From an uncultured Actinomycetota bacterium (GTDB lineage: Bacteria; Actinomycetota; Acidimicrobiia; Spongiisociales; UBA4744): a stretch of 64,000 nucleotides of DNA. Position numbers and translations under genes: made by a program. Of the stretch, positions 51,615-61,771 are shown one piece after another. The notes under the pieces were generated by a model. The model was given only the letters and a program-made list of their open reading frames with translations. It searched no databases and was not told the DNA's origin. The number at the start of each line of letters is the position of its first letter. Position 1 is the first letter of the stretch. The stretch lies in the NCBI GenBank assembly GCA_963823915.1, contig CAWGNJ010000002.1:79192-143191 (forward strand), given 5' to 3'.

Positions 51615-53490
51615 CTACGAGTTTTCCACAATGGCCGCGACCCGCTTGGCGATCGAGTCCGGGTCGAGTTCGACGTCTGTCTGGACATCGGCGGCAGAGC
51701 CGGAAGGCAAAAAACGATCAGGAAGACCGAGCAGCGACACATGGCCGGCCAGGCCATGGCGCGACAACTCTTCGAGCACGGCCGCCCCAAACCCACCGGC
51801 GACCACGTTGTCTTCCAGCGTGACAACTCGTGGATAACCCTCCGCCCATTCCGCCAGGCGGGCATCGAGCGGCTTGACCCAACGGGCATTGACGATTCCA
51901 CACGAGATGCCCTGTTGGGCAAGCATTCCGGCAGCCTTCACCGCGGGTTCGACCATGCTCCCGAGAGCCAGCAAAAGCACATCCTCGCCCTCCTGTACCA
52001 GATCGGCTACCCCCACCTCGAGGGGAGCCGCCGGCAAGTTCGGAACTGAGGCGGCGGCGCCTTTGGGGAAGCGGACGGCGATCGGGCCGGCGAAGTCCCA
52101 GGCGGTTTCGAGCATCCCGCACAACTCGTCGGCGTCGGCCGGGGCGCCGATCGTCAGATTGGGGATCATCCTCAGATAGGAGAGATCGAAGGCACCGTGG
52201 TGGGAAGCACCATCCGGCCCGGTGATGCCGGCCCGGTCGATCATGAACACCACCGGCAGGTCATGCATCGCGACATCGGTAACGATCTGATCGAAAGCCC
52301 GCTGCAAGAAACTCGAATAGATGGCTACCACGGGACGCATGCCGGCCATCGCCAGCCCGGCTCCCAGGGTGACCGCGTGCTGCTCGGCGATTCCGGTGTC
52401 GATCACCCGGTCGGGAAACTCCCGGGCCATCGCCGCCAAGACCGGTTGGAGAGACCATGGCGGCGCTGATCGCGATCAGATCCTCCCGGTCCCGAGCCGC
52501 ATGGACCAGCGCCTGACCGGCCACATTGGTGAGCTTCATCTCCGATTTGGCCGGCCGGCCCGACTCGATGTCGAAAGCACCGACGCCGTGCAGTTTGTCC
52601 TCTTCGTTGTTGATAGCCGGTTCATATCCGGAGCCCTTTTCGGTGACGGCGTGCACCACCGAGGGTTCGTCGAAAGACTTGGCGTGTTCCAAGGTCTCTT
52701 CGATCAGGTCGATGTTGTGACCGTCGATAACGCCTGAGTACTTCAGTCCCAGGGCATCGAACACGGTGCCGGGTTCGATCAGTTGTTTGACCGATTCTTT
52801 CAGCCGGTGAGCCAGCTCGTCGGCGCCCTCCCCGATGGCAGGGATGCTGCGCAGGATCCTTCCAATGGTCTTTTTGGTCCATTCATAGCGCGGGTCGAAT
52901 CGCAGGTGCCCGAGGGCTGCGATCCCGCCCACCGTCGGTCCGTAGGAACGCCCGTTGTCGTTGACCACCACGATCAATTTGGGTGGCTGCAAGACGGCGA
53001 TGTGGTTGAGGGCCTCGTAGGCCATGCCGCCGGTCAGGGCGCCGTCCCCGATGACGGCCACCGTGTAGCTGTCGTCTCCGGATCGTTGTTTGGCCAGAGC
53101 CATTCCCAGGGCATAGGAAAGAGAGGTCGAAGCGTGGCTGTTCTCGACAAAATCATGCTCGCTCTCGGCCCGATTCGGGTACCCGGTCAAACCCTCATAC
53201 TGCCGCAGGGTCTCAAACTCATCCTGGCGACCGGTGACCAGTTTGTGGACGTAGGCCTGATGTCCAACATCCCAGATGATGCGATCGGTTGGACTGTCGA
53301 ACACCCGGTGCAGAGCCAGAGTCAATTCAACGATTCCCAGATTGGGTGAGAGGTGGCCGCCCGTCCTCGAGATCACGTCGACCATAAAGGACCGGATTTC
53401 GTCGGTCAGTTGCGTCAGTTGGTCGTTATCGAGTTTGCGCAAATCGGCCGGGCCGTTCACACGAGCGAGCACACTGTCGGTTGCGGTCAC
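51615..53490 (-). CDS. dxs: 1-deoxy-D-xylulose-5-phosphate synthase, one frame break near 52440
   Basis: GGHLSPNLGIVELT, IWDVGHQAY, VIGDGALTGGMA. C-terminal transketolase text in 51615-52439. Confidence 0.95.
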
Positions 53491-53680
53491 TGGTCAACCC
53501 TCAGATCGATAAGGCGATAGCCCGCCGACCGGGCAACCGCTGCTGGTGAACAACCAGATTAGTGAACAGCGTGGATAGACCAACCTGGATAGGCAGGCTC
53601 TGGACGAACGGCCTAACATCTCCGAGGAGGGGAACACGGTCGCAGGGCCGCCCCTCGATCAAACATGAGGAGGAAGGGCC

Positions 53681-54450
53681 ATGAGAAGAAAGACCAAAGC
53701 CGCGCTGCTTCTGGTGCTGGCGTTTGCATTGATTGCAGGCGCATGTAGCGGAGGAACGTCTGGCGAGTACGACCTGATCGAAGCAGACAAGCTGATTGTG
53801 TGTTCGGACATCCCCTATGCACCTTTCGAGTTTGAAGAAGGCGGCGCCTACACCGGGTTTGATGTCGAGCTGATGGGAGCCATCGGAGACGGAACTCGGC
53901 CTGACTGTCGAGTTCATCGACTCCGGTTTCGACTCCATCACCAGCGGAACGGCCATGGTCGGCAACGAGTGCGACATCGCCGCTTCGGCTATCACCATCA
54001 GGCCCGACCGGGAAGAGAACATCGACTTCTCGGACGGCTACTTCGACGCCGACCAGTCCTTGATGGTCAAGACGGACTCCGGTTACACCAGCTACGACGA
54101 TCTCGTGGGATTGCGGCTTGGCGTCCAGGCGGGTACTACCGGCGAGGCCTATGCCAACGACAACAACCCCGGTGGCGTCGAGATTGTCAGCTTCGGTGAG
54201 AGCGCCGACCTGTTCGTGGCGATGGAAGCCGGCGATATCCAGGGCATCCTCCAGGACCTGCCGGTCAATGCCGAGCGCATGCTGGGCGATGACACCCTGA
54301 CCGTGGTCGCCACCTACCCGACCGGCGAGGTATACGGCTTTGCCGTCAAGGAAGAGGGCAAAGAAGCATTGCTCAAGCGGTCAACGAAGCTCTGGCCACC
54401 GTCAAGGGCGACGGCACCTACGACACCCTCTACGACAAGTACTTCAAGTA
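53681..54450 (+). CDS. polar amino-acid ABC substrate-binding lipoprotein, frame-interrupted
   Basis: Lipobox IAGAC-S, PYAPFEF, DIAASAITI. Breaks near 53890 and 54370. Confidence 0.8.
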
Positions 54451-54472
54451 AACCCAACCTGAAAGTCAGCCT

Positions 54473-54499
54473 AAGGGGGACCCGACTAGGGTCCCCCTT
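54473..54499 (+). terminator. intercistronic hairpin between the SBP and permease gene
   Basis: aagggggaccc-gacta-gggtccccctt, 23 nt after the TAA stop. Confidence 0.55.
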
Positions 54500-54524
54500 A
54501 TCGTTGGAGACTGGGGACGACGTC

Positions 54525-55315
54525 ATGAAGAAGTCGACCAAAGCAAAACTCCGTCGAGGGAGTCCTCTACGGCACGCTGATCGTGATATTCGCCGGCTGG
54601 TGGTCATCGCGGCCGACTGGCCCAACAATCCAGAAAGCGTTCTTCAATCCTGAAATCGCCGCGGAGATGTTTCCCGAAGTCATCACCATCGGGGCCAAGA
54701 ACACCATCATCTACACGGCTCTGGCTTTCACTTTCGGCTTGATCCTGGCCCTGATTCTGGCCTTGATGAAGCGATCCGATATCAAGCCCTACAAGTGGAT
54801 CGCCACCACCTACATCGAGTTGTTCCGCGGGCTTCCGGCCCTGGTGACCATCATCCTGGTGGGGTTCGGCCTACCGATCGCCATGGGCGTGCGGATTCCG
54901 GGGGGCACGCTCGGCAAAGGAACGGTCGGTTTGGGGATCGTCGTGGCTGCCTACATGGCGGAGACTATCCGGGCCGGAATCGAAGCGGTTCCGCGTGGTC
55001 AAATGGAAGCCGCTCGCTCGCTGGGTATGACCAAAGGAGCCGCGACCAGGTCCATTGTCTTGCCGCAAGCCTTCCGTATCATCATCCCGCCGCTCACCAA
55101 CGAGTTGGTGATCCTCATCAAGGACACCTCGCTGTTGTTCGTTCTTGGGTACCACAATCGCCACTAAGGAGCTAACCAAATTCGGGCGAGATTTCATGAA
55201 TGACACATTCAACGGCACGCCGCTGATCGTCATCGCGCTGATGTACTTGATCATCACGCTCCCGATGACGAGGTTTGTTGCGCAACTCGAGAAGCGTGCA
55301 GCGAGGGCGAGGTGA
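54525..55315 (+). CDS. polar amino-acid ABC permease, frame-interrupted
   Basis: YIELFRGLPALV, GQMEAARSLGM. Extra base near 54543 and a break near 55160. Confidence 0.8.
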
Positions 55316-55318
55316 ACC

Positions 55319-56065
55319 ATGGATAAGAACGTTCCTCCCATTCAAATCTTGGAGCTACACAAGTATTTCGGTGATCTCGAAGTGCTACGCGGCATCGATT
55401 TCCAGGTCAATGCCGGCGAGGTCGTCTGCGTCATCGGACCATCCGGGTCGGGCAAGTCGACCCTGCTGCGGTGCGTGAACCTCCTGGAAATCCCCACTTC
55501 GGGCAAGGTGCTGGTTGAGGGCATCGACCTCACCGATCCCGAAACCGACGTGGACGCAGTACGGGCCCGAATCGGCATGGTCTTTCAGCAGTTCAATCTC
55601 TTCCCGCATCTCACCGTCATGCGCAACCTGACCATTGCTCAGCGCCAGGTCTTGAATCGGTCGGAAGAAGAGGCCGATGAGACAGCCCGGAAGGTGTTGG
55701 AAAGAGTCGGCATGCTCGACAAGATCGACGAGTACCCGATCAATCTCTCCGGCGGTCAAATGCAGCGGGTGGCCATCGCCCGCTCACTGTCGATGGACCC
55801 GGACATGATGCTCTTCGATGAGCCGACCAGCGCGCTGGATCCAGAGCTGGTGGGAGAAGTCCTCGACGTCATGCGCCAACTGGCCGAGGAAGGCATGACC
55901 ATGATGGTGGTCACCCACGAAATGGGTTTTGCCCGGCAAGTCGGGGACCGGGTGGTGTTCATGGACGAAGGCGTGGTCGTCGAGGACGGTCCACCCGACG
56001 ACGTGTTGCTCCGTCCCCAACACGAGCGAACCAAGAAGTTCCTGGAAGCCGTGCTGCAACAGTAG
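55319..56065 (+). CDS. polar amino-acid ABC ATP-binding protein (GlnQ-like)
   Basis: Intact. [45 protein letters not shown]. Confidence 0.9.
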   Translation: MDKNVPPIQILELHKYFGDLEVLRGIDFQVNAGEVVCVIGPSGSGKSTLLRCVNLLEIPTSGKVLVEGIDLTDPETDVDAVRARIGMVFQQFNLFPHLTVMRNLTIAQRQVLNRSEEEADETARKVLERVGMLDKIDEYPINLSGGQMQRVAIARSLSMDPDMMLFDEPTSALDPELVGEVLDVMRQLAEEGMTMMVVTHEMGFARQVGDRVVFMDEGVVVEDGPPDDVLLRPQHERTKKFLEAVLQQ

Positions 56066-56073
56066 GAACTGCC

Positions 56074-56280
56074 ATGGAATGGTACGAATGGATCCTGGCC
56101 GTGGGGTTTGTTGGGATTCTGGGATGGTTCATCCGATACGCCCGCTCGGTGTGGCGCGGTGACTACGGGCACACCAAAGGCTCCAAGTCTGTTTGGTGGA
56201 CACCGGGCGGAGGCGGTCATGGCGGAGGCGGACAGGTCCCTCCCTTGATTGCCGACTCCGACGAGGACGAGATCAGGTGA
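56074..56280 (+). CDS. small single-TM protein with SKSVWWTPG motif (paralog A)
   Basis: 68 aa. TM helix WILAVGFVGILGWFI followed by RYARSVWRGDYGHTKGSKSVWWTPGG. Confidence 0.5.
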   Translation: MEWYEWILAVGFVGILGWFIRYARSVWRGDYGHTKGSKSVWWTPGGGGHGGGGQVPPLIADSDEDEIR

Positions 56281-56470
56281 CTCCCCTCCCTGCAAGGGAG
56301 GGGAAGGCTCGCCCGCCAGGGGCGAGACAGGGGAGGGTCAGGCGACAGCCAGACGGTCTCGCGGCGAGGCGTGACCCCCATCCCCCTCGCTTCGCTCGGG
56401 TACTTCCCCCTTTCAGGGAGAAGAGGACCCCGACAGGCGAGGAACCTTCGTTCGTGAGGCCGGGGATCGA
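56281..56470. repeat. cluster of G-tract/C-tract hairpins (REP-like)
   Basis: tcccctccct-gca-agggagggga, ctcgccc-gccag-gggcgag, ggggagggtca..tgaccccc, CCCCCTCGCTTCGCTCGG (56382-56399). Confidence 0.75.
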
Positions 56471-56587
56471 GTAGTATTTCCACTGAGGGCAGGGTCGTCG
56501 GAGACGGCCCGCTTTTTGACGTTGACTCACCCCAACACGACCGAGATCCACATTCCCGGCCGTGCTAAAACAGCAGGAGGAATCACT

Positions 56588-56773
56588 ATGGGATCGGCGA
56601 TCACCCTTATCGCAGGTGCCGCAATCTTCGCAGGAGCAAGCTGGCTCGGAAGATACGCCACATCAATCCGGCGGGGCTACCGCCACGACCCACAATCCAA
56701 ATCCGTGTGGTGGACCCCCGGACAACTCCCCACTCCATATGTCGACGGGAACGACCGGGTCGGTGCCAAGTAG
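56588..56773 (+). CDS. small single-TM protein with SKSVWWTPG motif (paralog B)
   Basis: 61 aa from ATG 56588 (AGGAGG 7 nt upstream). ITLIAGAAIFAGASWL followed by RYATSIRRGYRHDPQSKSVWWTPG. Confidence 0.5.
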   Translation: MGSAITLIAGAAIFAGASWLGRYATSIRRGYRHDPQSKSVWWTPGQLPTPYVDGNDRVGAK

Positions 56774-56847
56774 TTTCTAGTTTCTAGTTTCTGGTTGCTC
56801 GTTCCGACCTGGAACCTGAAACCTGAAACCGGGAACCTGCAACTGCG
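56771..56847. repeat. mosaic of 7-bp repeat blocks, 11 heptads
   Basis: tagtttc x3 tggttgc tcgttcc / gacctgg aacctga aacctga aaccggg aacctgc aactgcg. The first TAG is the stop codon of 56588-56773. Confidence 0.9.
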
Positions 56848-56860
56848 AGCGCTAGCTCGC
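56845..56860. terminator. short hairpin at the convergent junction
   Basis: gcgagc-gcta-gctcgc. Overlaps the hemD-like stop codon. Confidence 0.4.
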
Positions 56861-57547
56861 CAGTAGCGCACTCGCCAGTGTCTCGGCCAGCATCCCGAAG
56901 TGCGGTCGGCGCACCAGGATGTCGGGACTCCGCCCGTGACGGCGCAGGGCGGCCGCCGTGGCCGGACCGATCGCCGCCACGATCACGCCCGACAGATCCC
57001 GCGCCTCCATCCAACCCTCCACGGCCAGCGGCGATTCAAAGACAACCGCCTCGACGGTGGCTCGCGCGGGAGCCACCGGAATCCACCCATACACCGCCAC
57101 CGCTACCAGCTCTGCGGCGGCGTCTGCGAGGGAAACAACGATCCGGGGGTCAACGCCCTCCGCATGTGGGTAGGCAACGCGCTTGCCGGTTGCCGTGCGA
57201 ACCAGATAGGCGGTGAAGTCGGATGGATCGCCGGTGCCGGCATGCGCCACCCGTCCTCCGCGTTCCTCGATACGGGCGGCTCCGGCGGGTGTCAACATGG
57301 CGATCGGTGGAGTGGGAACAGGACCCTCCGGCCAGAGCACATCAAACGCCCGCGAGGACGTCAACACCACCAGATCAGCCTCTTCCACCGCGGCGCGAGC
57401 ACGGGCCAGGGCTACGTCATCAGCTTGCTGGATCCGGACACAGGGAAGGTTTACGGGGCGAAGACCGACCGCTACCAGCTCAGCGGCCATGCCCGCCGCG
57501 GCTTCAACGCTGGCCGTCACTGCTACCCGGGGAACCGTGTTCTCCAC
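56852..57547 (-). CDS. uroporphyrinogen-III synthase (HemD)-like protein
   Basis: Intact 231 aa with two-lobed HEM4-like text (RVAVTAS..LVVLTSSRAF..VAAIGPATA). Confidence 0.5.
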   Translation of the reverse strand: MENTVPRVAVTASVEAAAGMAAELVAVGLRPVNLPCVRIQQADDVALARARAAVEEADLVVLTSSRAFDVLWPEGPVPTPPIAMLTPAGAARIEERGGRVAHAGTGDPSDFTAYLVRTATGKRVAYPHAEGVDPRIVVSLADAAAELVAVAVYGWIPVAPARATVEAVVFESPLAVEGWMEARDLSGVIVAAIGPATAAALRRHGRSPDILVRRPHFGMLAETLASALLAS

Positions 57548-57647
57548 CCGTCCAAGCGTACGTACCTGACACGGACGGCGCCTCGCGCCAACGCTCTATG
57601 ATTCTTCCGGCGCCGGGACGGAGAGACCGGCAGGACTTGGGGTAGGC

Positions 57648-58790
57648 GTGACGGAAGACGTGAAACCCAAACGGATCATTCCCGTCAGAGTCCGCGTCGT
57701 GTTGGTGCTCTTCCTCCTCTATCTCTTCCTGGTCGGAGTCAAGGCACTGGAAACTGGAATCAAGGGGTTCGGGGCGGACTTCACCGACTCGCTCTTTGAG
57801 GGGGTTTCTAATCCGTTGGCAGGTCTCTTCGTCGGGGTCCTGGCCACGGTCCTCGTGCAATCCTCCTCCGTTTCAACTGCCACTATTGTCGGGCTGGTCG
57901 GTGCCGGCACCCTCACCGTGCCATTGGCCGTCCCGATGATCATGGGAGCCAATATCGGGACAACCGTCACAAACACGCTTGCTTCGCTTGGCTACCTGCG
58001 CCGTAGTACCGAATTCCGTCGGGCCTTCGCCGGAGCCACCATGCATGATTTCTTTAATCTGTTGGCGGTCGCGGTACTGCTACCCCTCGAACTCGCCACC
58101 AAGTTCTTGTCGAAATCGGCGGAGGCGTTGGCGGGACTCCTGGGGAGATCGACAAACATCGGATTCGAAACCCCGGATAGTCCCATCAAGGCGGCCGTGA
58201 AAGCGCCGGTCAAGTTGCTCGAAAAGATCTTGGAGGGCCTGGGTGCCGGTGACACGCTGATGGGGATCCTGTTGCTCATCGTGGGACTTGCCCTGATCTT
58301 CCTGGCGCTGGCCTACATCACCCACAACATGAAACTCGTCGTGGCCGGGCGCATCGAACGATCCATGAATGCCGTGCTCGCCAAAGGTGGCGGATTAGCG
58401 GCCATGGCGATCGGCATGGTCATGACGGTTTCTGTCCAATCATCGAGCATCACCACCTCGGTGCTGATTCCCATGATCGCAGCCGGCATCCTTACCCTCA
58501 GCAACGCCTTCCCGATCACTCTCGGAGCCAATGTTGGTACCACCGTCACCGCCTTGTTGGCCTCTCTCGCTACCGAAAGGCCTGAAGGTCTGGTAATTGC
58601 CTTGACGCATACCCTGTTCAATCTCAGCGGCATTCTGCTGTTTTATCCGATCCCCCAGCTCAGAAGAATCCCCCTGTTCCTGGCTCAGAAGTTGGCACAA
58701 GTCGCAGAAGTCAGGAAGTCCCTCGTGATTGTGTACGTGATTGGAGGCTTCGTTTTGGCCCCCATTGTTGGGATACTGATACTGCAATAG
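57648..58790 (+). CDS. Na/Pi cotransporter family protein
   Basis: Duplicated GANIGTTVT / GANVGTTVT motifs, about 8 TM helices. Confidence 0.85.
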   Translation: MTEDVKPKRIIPVRVRVVLVLFLLYLFLVGVKALETGIKGFGADFTDSLFEGVSNPLAGLFVGVLATVLVQSSSVSTATIVGLVGAGTLTVPLAVPMIMGANIGTTVTNTLASLGYLRRSTEFRRAFAGATMHDFFNLLAVAVLLPLELATKFLSKSAEALAGLLGRSTNIGFETPDSPIKAAVKAPVKLLEKILEGLGAGDTLMGILLLIVGLALIFLALAYITHNMKLVVAGRIERSMNAVLAKGGGLAAMAIGMVMTVSVQSSSITTSVLIPMIAAGILTLSNAFPITLGANVGTTVTALLASLATERPEGLVIALTHTLFNLSGILLFYPIPQLRRIPLFLAQKLAQVAEVRKSLVIVYVIGGFVLAPIVGILILQ

Positions 58791-58803
58791 ATCGGAGCAA
58801 AAC

Positions 58804-59478
58804 ATGGTATTCGATTTCTTCCGCGGCGGCGGAGACGCTCAACTCGAGCAGATCGAAGCGCAGATCCGTCAGATGCTCGTCGACGACCGGCACACCTTCG
58901 ACACTGCCATCAACGCCCTGATCGGCGGAACCGACCCGGCGCTGGTTCGCAAGGACATTCATAAGACGGACAAAGGTGTCAATAAGGCAGAACGTGCCGT
59001 ACGAAGAGAATTGGTCGTCCATGTGAGCGTACGCGGCACCTCCGCCGATATCCCCCTCGTGCTGGCCTCGATGAGCGTCGTCAAGGACGCTGAGCGGATC
59101 GGCGATCACTCGAAAGACATCTGGGACATCGCCAACAGCGGCATCGACCTGTCCAACGCCGAGGACGTCAATGCACTCATGAGATGTCGGGATCGCATCT
59201 CGCAACTGATCGGTGAGACCGCCAGGGTGTTCGGAGAGAGGGACCTCGAAGCGGCCCACGCTTTACTTCAGGGCGCCGACGACATGCAGGACGAGTACGA
59301 CGATCTGATCGCCGAACAACTCCACACCGACAAGCCGGCCATCGAGGCAGTGCCGCGAGCGTTGCTCTTCAGGTATTTCAAGCGAATCACCGCCCACCTG
59401 ATGAACATCCTCACCTCACTGGTCATGCCGATCGACCGTCTCGACTATTACGACGAGGCCAAGGCGGATCGCGAGTAG
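58804..59478 (+). CDS. PhoU-domain protein (partner of the Na/Pi transporter)
   Basis: Two PhoU repeats (KDAERIGDHSKDI, FKRITAHLMNI). Confidence 0.8.
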   Translation: MVFDFFRGGGDAQLEQIEAQIRQMLVDDRHTFDTAINALIGGTDPALVRKDIHKTDKGVNKAERAVRRELVVHVSVRGTSADIPLVLASMSVVKDAERIGDHSKDIWDIANSGIDLSNAEDVNALMRCRDRISQLIGETARVFGERDLEAAHALLQGADDMQDEYDDLIAEQLHTDKPAIEAVPRALLFRYFKRITAHLMNILTSLVMPIDRLDYYDEAKADRE

Positions 59479-59492
59479 CGAGCTGCGCTCGC
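59478..59492 (+). terminator. short hairpin at the PhoU-domain gene stop
   Basis: gcgagc-tgc-gctcgc. Confidence 0.4.
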
Positions 59493-59562
59493 GGTTTCAG
59501 GTTGCAGGTTTCAAGTTTCAGGTTTCAGGTCGATTTCTCGTTTCTCGTTTCTCGTTTCTGGT
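59493..59562. repeat. mosaic of 7-bp repeat blocks, 10 heptads
   Basis: ggtttca ggttgca ggtttca agtttca ggtttca ggtcgat / ttctcgt x3 ttctggt. Confidence 0.9.
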
Positions 59563-59565
59563 AGC

Positions 59566-59860
59566 CGGCGGTTGTGTCGGCCTCTCCCGCCGGCGGTGAT
59601 CTATCGCGACTTTGGTGCGACAGTTTTGGCGTCCTCTCCCACCGAAGCGAAGGTGGGGGAGGTGGCCGAGGCCACCAGGCCGAGGTCAGAGGGGGCATAA
59701 CGGCCTGGCAATCAAGGTCTTTGCCCCCTCAGTCTTCGCTTCGCTCAGACAGTTCCCCGCGTCCTCCCCCCCGGACGAGCAAAGCTCGTCGGACGGGGGT
59801 AGTGCCCGGGCAAAGTGAGGGCGAGGGGGGGGGGGGAGAGAGAGAGAGAGCACGTGTGAG
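59566..59860. repeat. cluster of G-tract/C-tract hairpins plus simple repeats (REP-like)
   Basis: cctctcccacc-gaagcgaa-ggtgggggagg, gagggggca..tgccccctc, CCCCCTCagtctTCGCTTCGCTCAG (59724-59748), gacgagc-aaa-gctcgtc. Confidence 0.75.
59825..59850. repeat. G12 homopolymer followed by (AG)7
   Basis: Read directly (gagggggggggggg agagagagagagag). Confidence 0.9.
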
Positions 59861-60040
59861 GAGAGAGGTCGATATGTCGCACCTGCTGTGCAATGCAACG
59901 CCGACGGCGGGAGAGGCGCGGCGCTGTCACTCGGCAGCGCCGCGGAGAAGGCGGTGGCGATCGTCGTCGCCTACGGTCTAGGAGGTCTCATCGGGTTGGG
60001 GGTCGCAGCCAGCAAACGCCGCGTGGGAACCGGAAGGTGA

Positions 60041-61771
60041 TCATTCCCCCGACCAAACCCCATCGTCGCCATCGATGAGCGGAAGCGATAGGCGGAACGT
60101 CGATCCGACCCCTAGTTGACTCTCTACCTCCACACGTCCGCCGTGCCGCTCCGCCACATGCTTGACGATGGCCAGACCCAGGCCGGTTCCTCCCGTGTGC
60201 CGAGAACGCGCCACATCAACCCGGTAGAACCGTTCGAATACCCGCGGCAGATCGCGGGTGGGTATCCCCACGCCGTTGTCGGCCACCTCGAGCACGGCTG
60301 CGTTACCAACGGGCCGGACCGCAATTCGCACCTCACCACCGGCCGCGTATCTCTGAGCGTTGTCGAGCAGATTCCGAACCGCCAGGCCCAAGTCAGATCG
60401 ACTTCCGTAGACGGCAACCGGCTCGGTTTGCACAATCAGCTCTACCGGAGCCTTTCCACTCGCATGCTCGAGTCGCGCTGCCTCGTCTCTCACCGTCTCG
60501 TCGAAACGCACTCTCTCGAATACCGGATCCTCGGTCTCGAGGCGCGAAAGGTCGAGAAGGTCGCCGACCACCCTTCCCAAACGGACCGTATTGAGGCGGA
60601 CCTGCTCGGCAAAGGTCCTGGCAGCCTCCGGATCCTCGTCGACGGCCCGCAGGATGGTTTCCGCGCCGGCCTGAATCGCTGAGATAGGTGTCTTCAACTC
60701 GTGTGAGGCATCGGCCACGAAGTCCCGCCGCATGGCCTCCACTCGAAGCGCCTCCGTGACGTCCTGCAAGACCAACAAGACGCTGCCCGGCTCATGGGGA
60801 ACCACCGCAGAGGCCAAGAGCCGGCGGGAAGGGACGCCGTATTCAAAATCTCCGTGCACCATCCCGGCCCCGGAACGAGCTCGACCGGACAATTCCTGAA
60901 GTGGACCGGGTAGTTCGGCCAACAGTGGGCGAACACCGATTGCGTTACGGGCCCAGGGATTGGCGTAGGCAACCGAATCGTCGGCTTCGATCAAGATCAC
61001 CCCTTCTTCGAGCGAATCCAGGATCCGGTCGCGCAGCAAGCGCTCGTCCTCACTCTGCTGCGCTTTGTGGCGAAGCTCAACCGCCATCCGGTTCACGGTA
61101 TCGGCCATGCGCCGGAGTTCAACAGTCGAGGTGACGCCCACCTCCGCCGTACGATCGCCGGCAGCAATGGCCATCGCCGACTCTGTGATTTGCTGAATGG
61201 GACGCACGATCCGGCGGGCGATCAGCCAGATGGCCCCAACTCCCAGAAGGGCGGCGGCCAGACCGGCGAAGGCGATGGCAGTCCGTAAGCGTCGGAGACG
61301 TTCCGCAATGACGTTGACCGGCTCGGCCACGCGCACTACCCGGCCATCGTCGGTCGGAGGTATTGCGACGTAGCGGTACTCCACGCCAACGCTGGCACTG
61401 ACCCTGGTAGCGATCCCGGTGCCCCCGGCCAGCGCCGTCTGTACTTCCGGCCGTTGCGCGTGGTTCTCCATGCCCGCCTCATCACGAGACGAATCAAAAA
61501 GGACCCCTCCACCAATATCGATGACCGTGACCCGCAAGCTCTCGTTGTTGGCCCACTCCAGAATGCCCTGCGTCAATTCGCCTTCGCCTGCCACGACAGC
61601 CCGCAACAGAAGCGCCTGCGATTCGAGTGAGTCGGTCAGATCATCGAGCAACTGATTCTCGAGAACCCGATTGAGTACCACCCCAAGGATCAGCAGGACC
61701 ACCAGCACCGCGAGCGTGTACCAGATCAGGAGCTGGTTAGCCAGGGTTCGGCGGCGGAGTTCAGACATCAA
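60041..61771 (-). CDS. sensor histidine kinase (PhoR/SenX3-like)
   Basis: Two TM helices, HAMP, PAS-like region, H-box ADASHELKTPISAI, DNAQRY, DNGVGI, GTGLGLAIV. Confidence 0.9.
   Translation of the reverse strand: MMSELRRRTLANQLLIWYTLAVLVVLLILGVVLNRVLENQLLDDLTDSLESQALLLRAVVAGEGELTQGILEWANNESLRVTVIDIGGGVLFDSSRDEAGMENHAQRPEVQTALAGGTGIATRVSASVGVEYRYVAIPPTDDGRVVRVAEPVNVIAERLRRLRTAIAFAGLAAALLGVGAIWLIARRIVRPIQQITESAMAIAAGDRTAEVGVTSTVELRRMADTVNRMAVELRHKAQQSEDERLLRDRILDSLEEGVILIEADDSVAYANPWARNAIGVRPLLAELPGPLQELSGRARSGAGMVHGDFEYGVPSRRLLASAVVPHEPGSVLLVLQDVTEALRVEAMRRDFVADASHELKTPISAIQAGAETILRAVDEDPEAARTFAEQVRLNTVRLGRVVGDLLDLSRLETEDPVFERVRFDETVRDEAARLEHASGKAPVELIVQTEPVAVYGSRSDLGLAVRNLLDNAQRYAAGGEVRIAVRPVGNAAVLEVADNGVGIPTRDLPRVFERFYRVDVARSRHTGGTGLGLAIVKHVAERHGGRVEVESQLGVGSTFRLSLPLIDGDDGVWSGE

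Noticed and set aside
56771-56791. Idea that heptad arrays act as three-frame stop traps
   Set aside because: (TAGTTTC)3, (CTGAAAC)n and (GACTGAY)n do place a stop in all three frames. Other arrays contain no stop on the relevant strand, for example GTCATCA at 43374 after clpB, GGTTTCA at 59493 and CTTCCAA at 45131. The explanation is therefore not general.
59574-59981. 135-aa ORF inside the repeat island
   Set aside because: The translation is Gly/Arg/Pro/Ser low complexity that follows the hairpin repeats and the G12/(AG)7 tract. There is no ribosome-binding site.
59888-60040. Possible 50-codon ORF ending in a TM-like helix (AVAIVVAYGLGGLIGLGVAA SKRR)
   Set aside because: Only a GTG start is available, with no Shine-Dalgarno sequence and no paralog or motif support. 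It is too weak to call.
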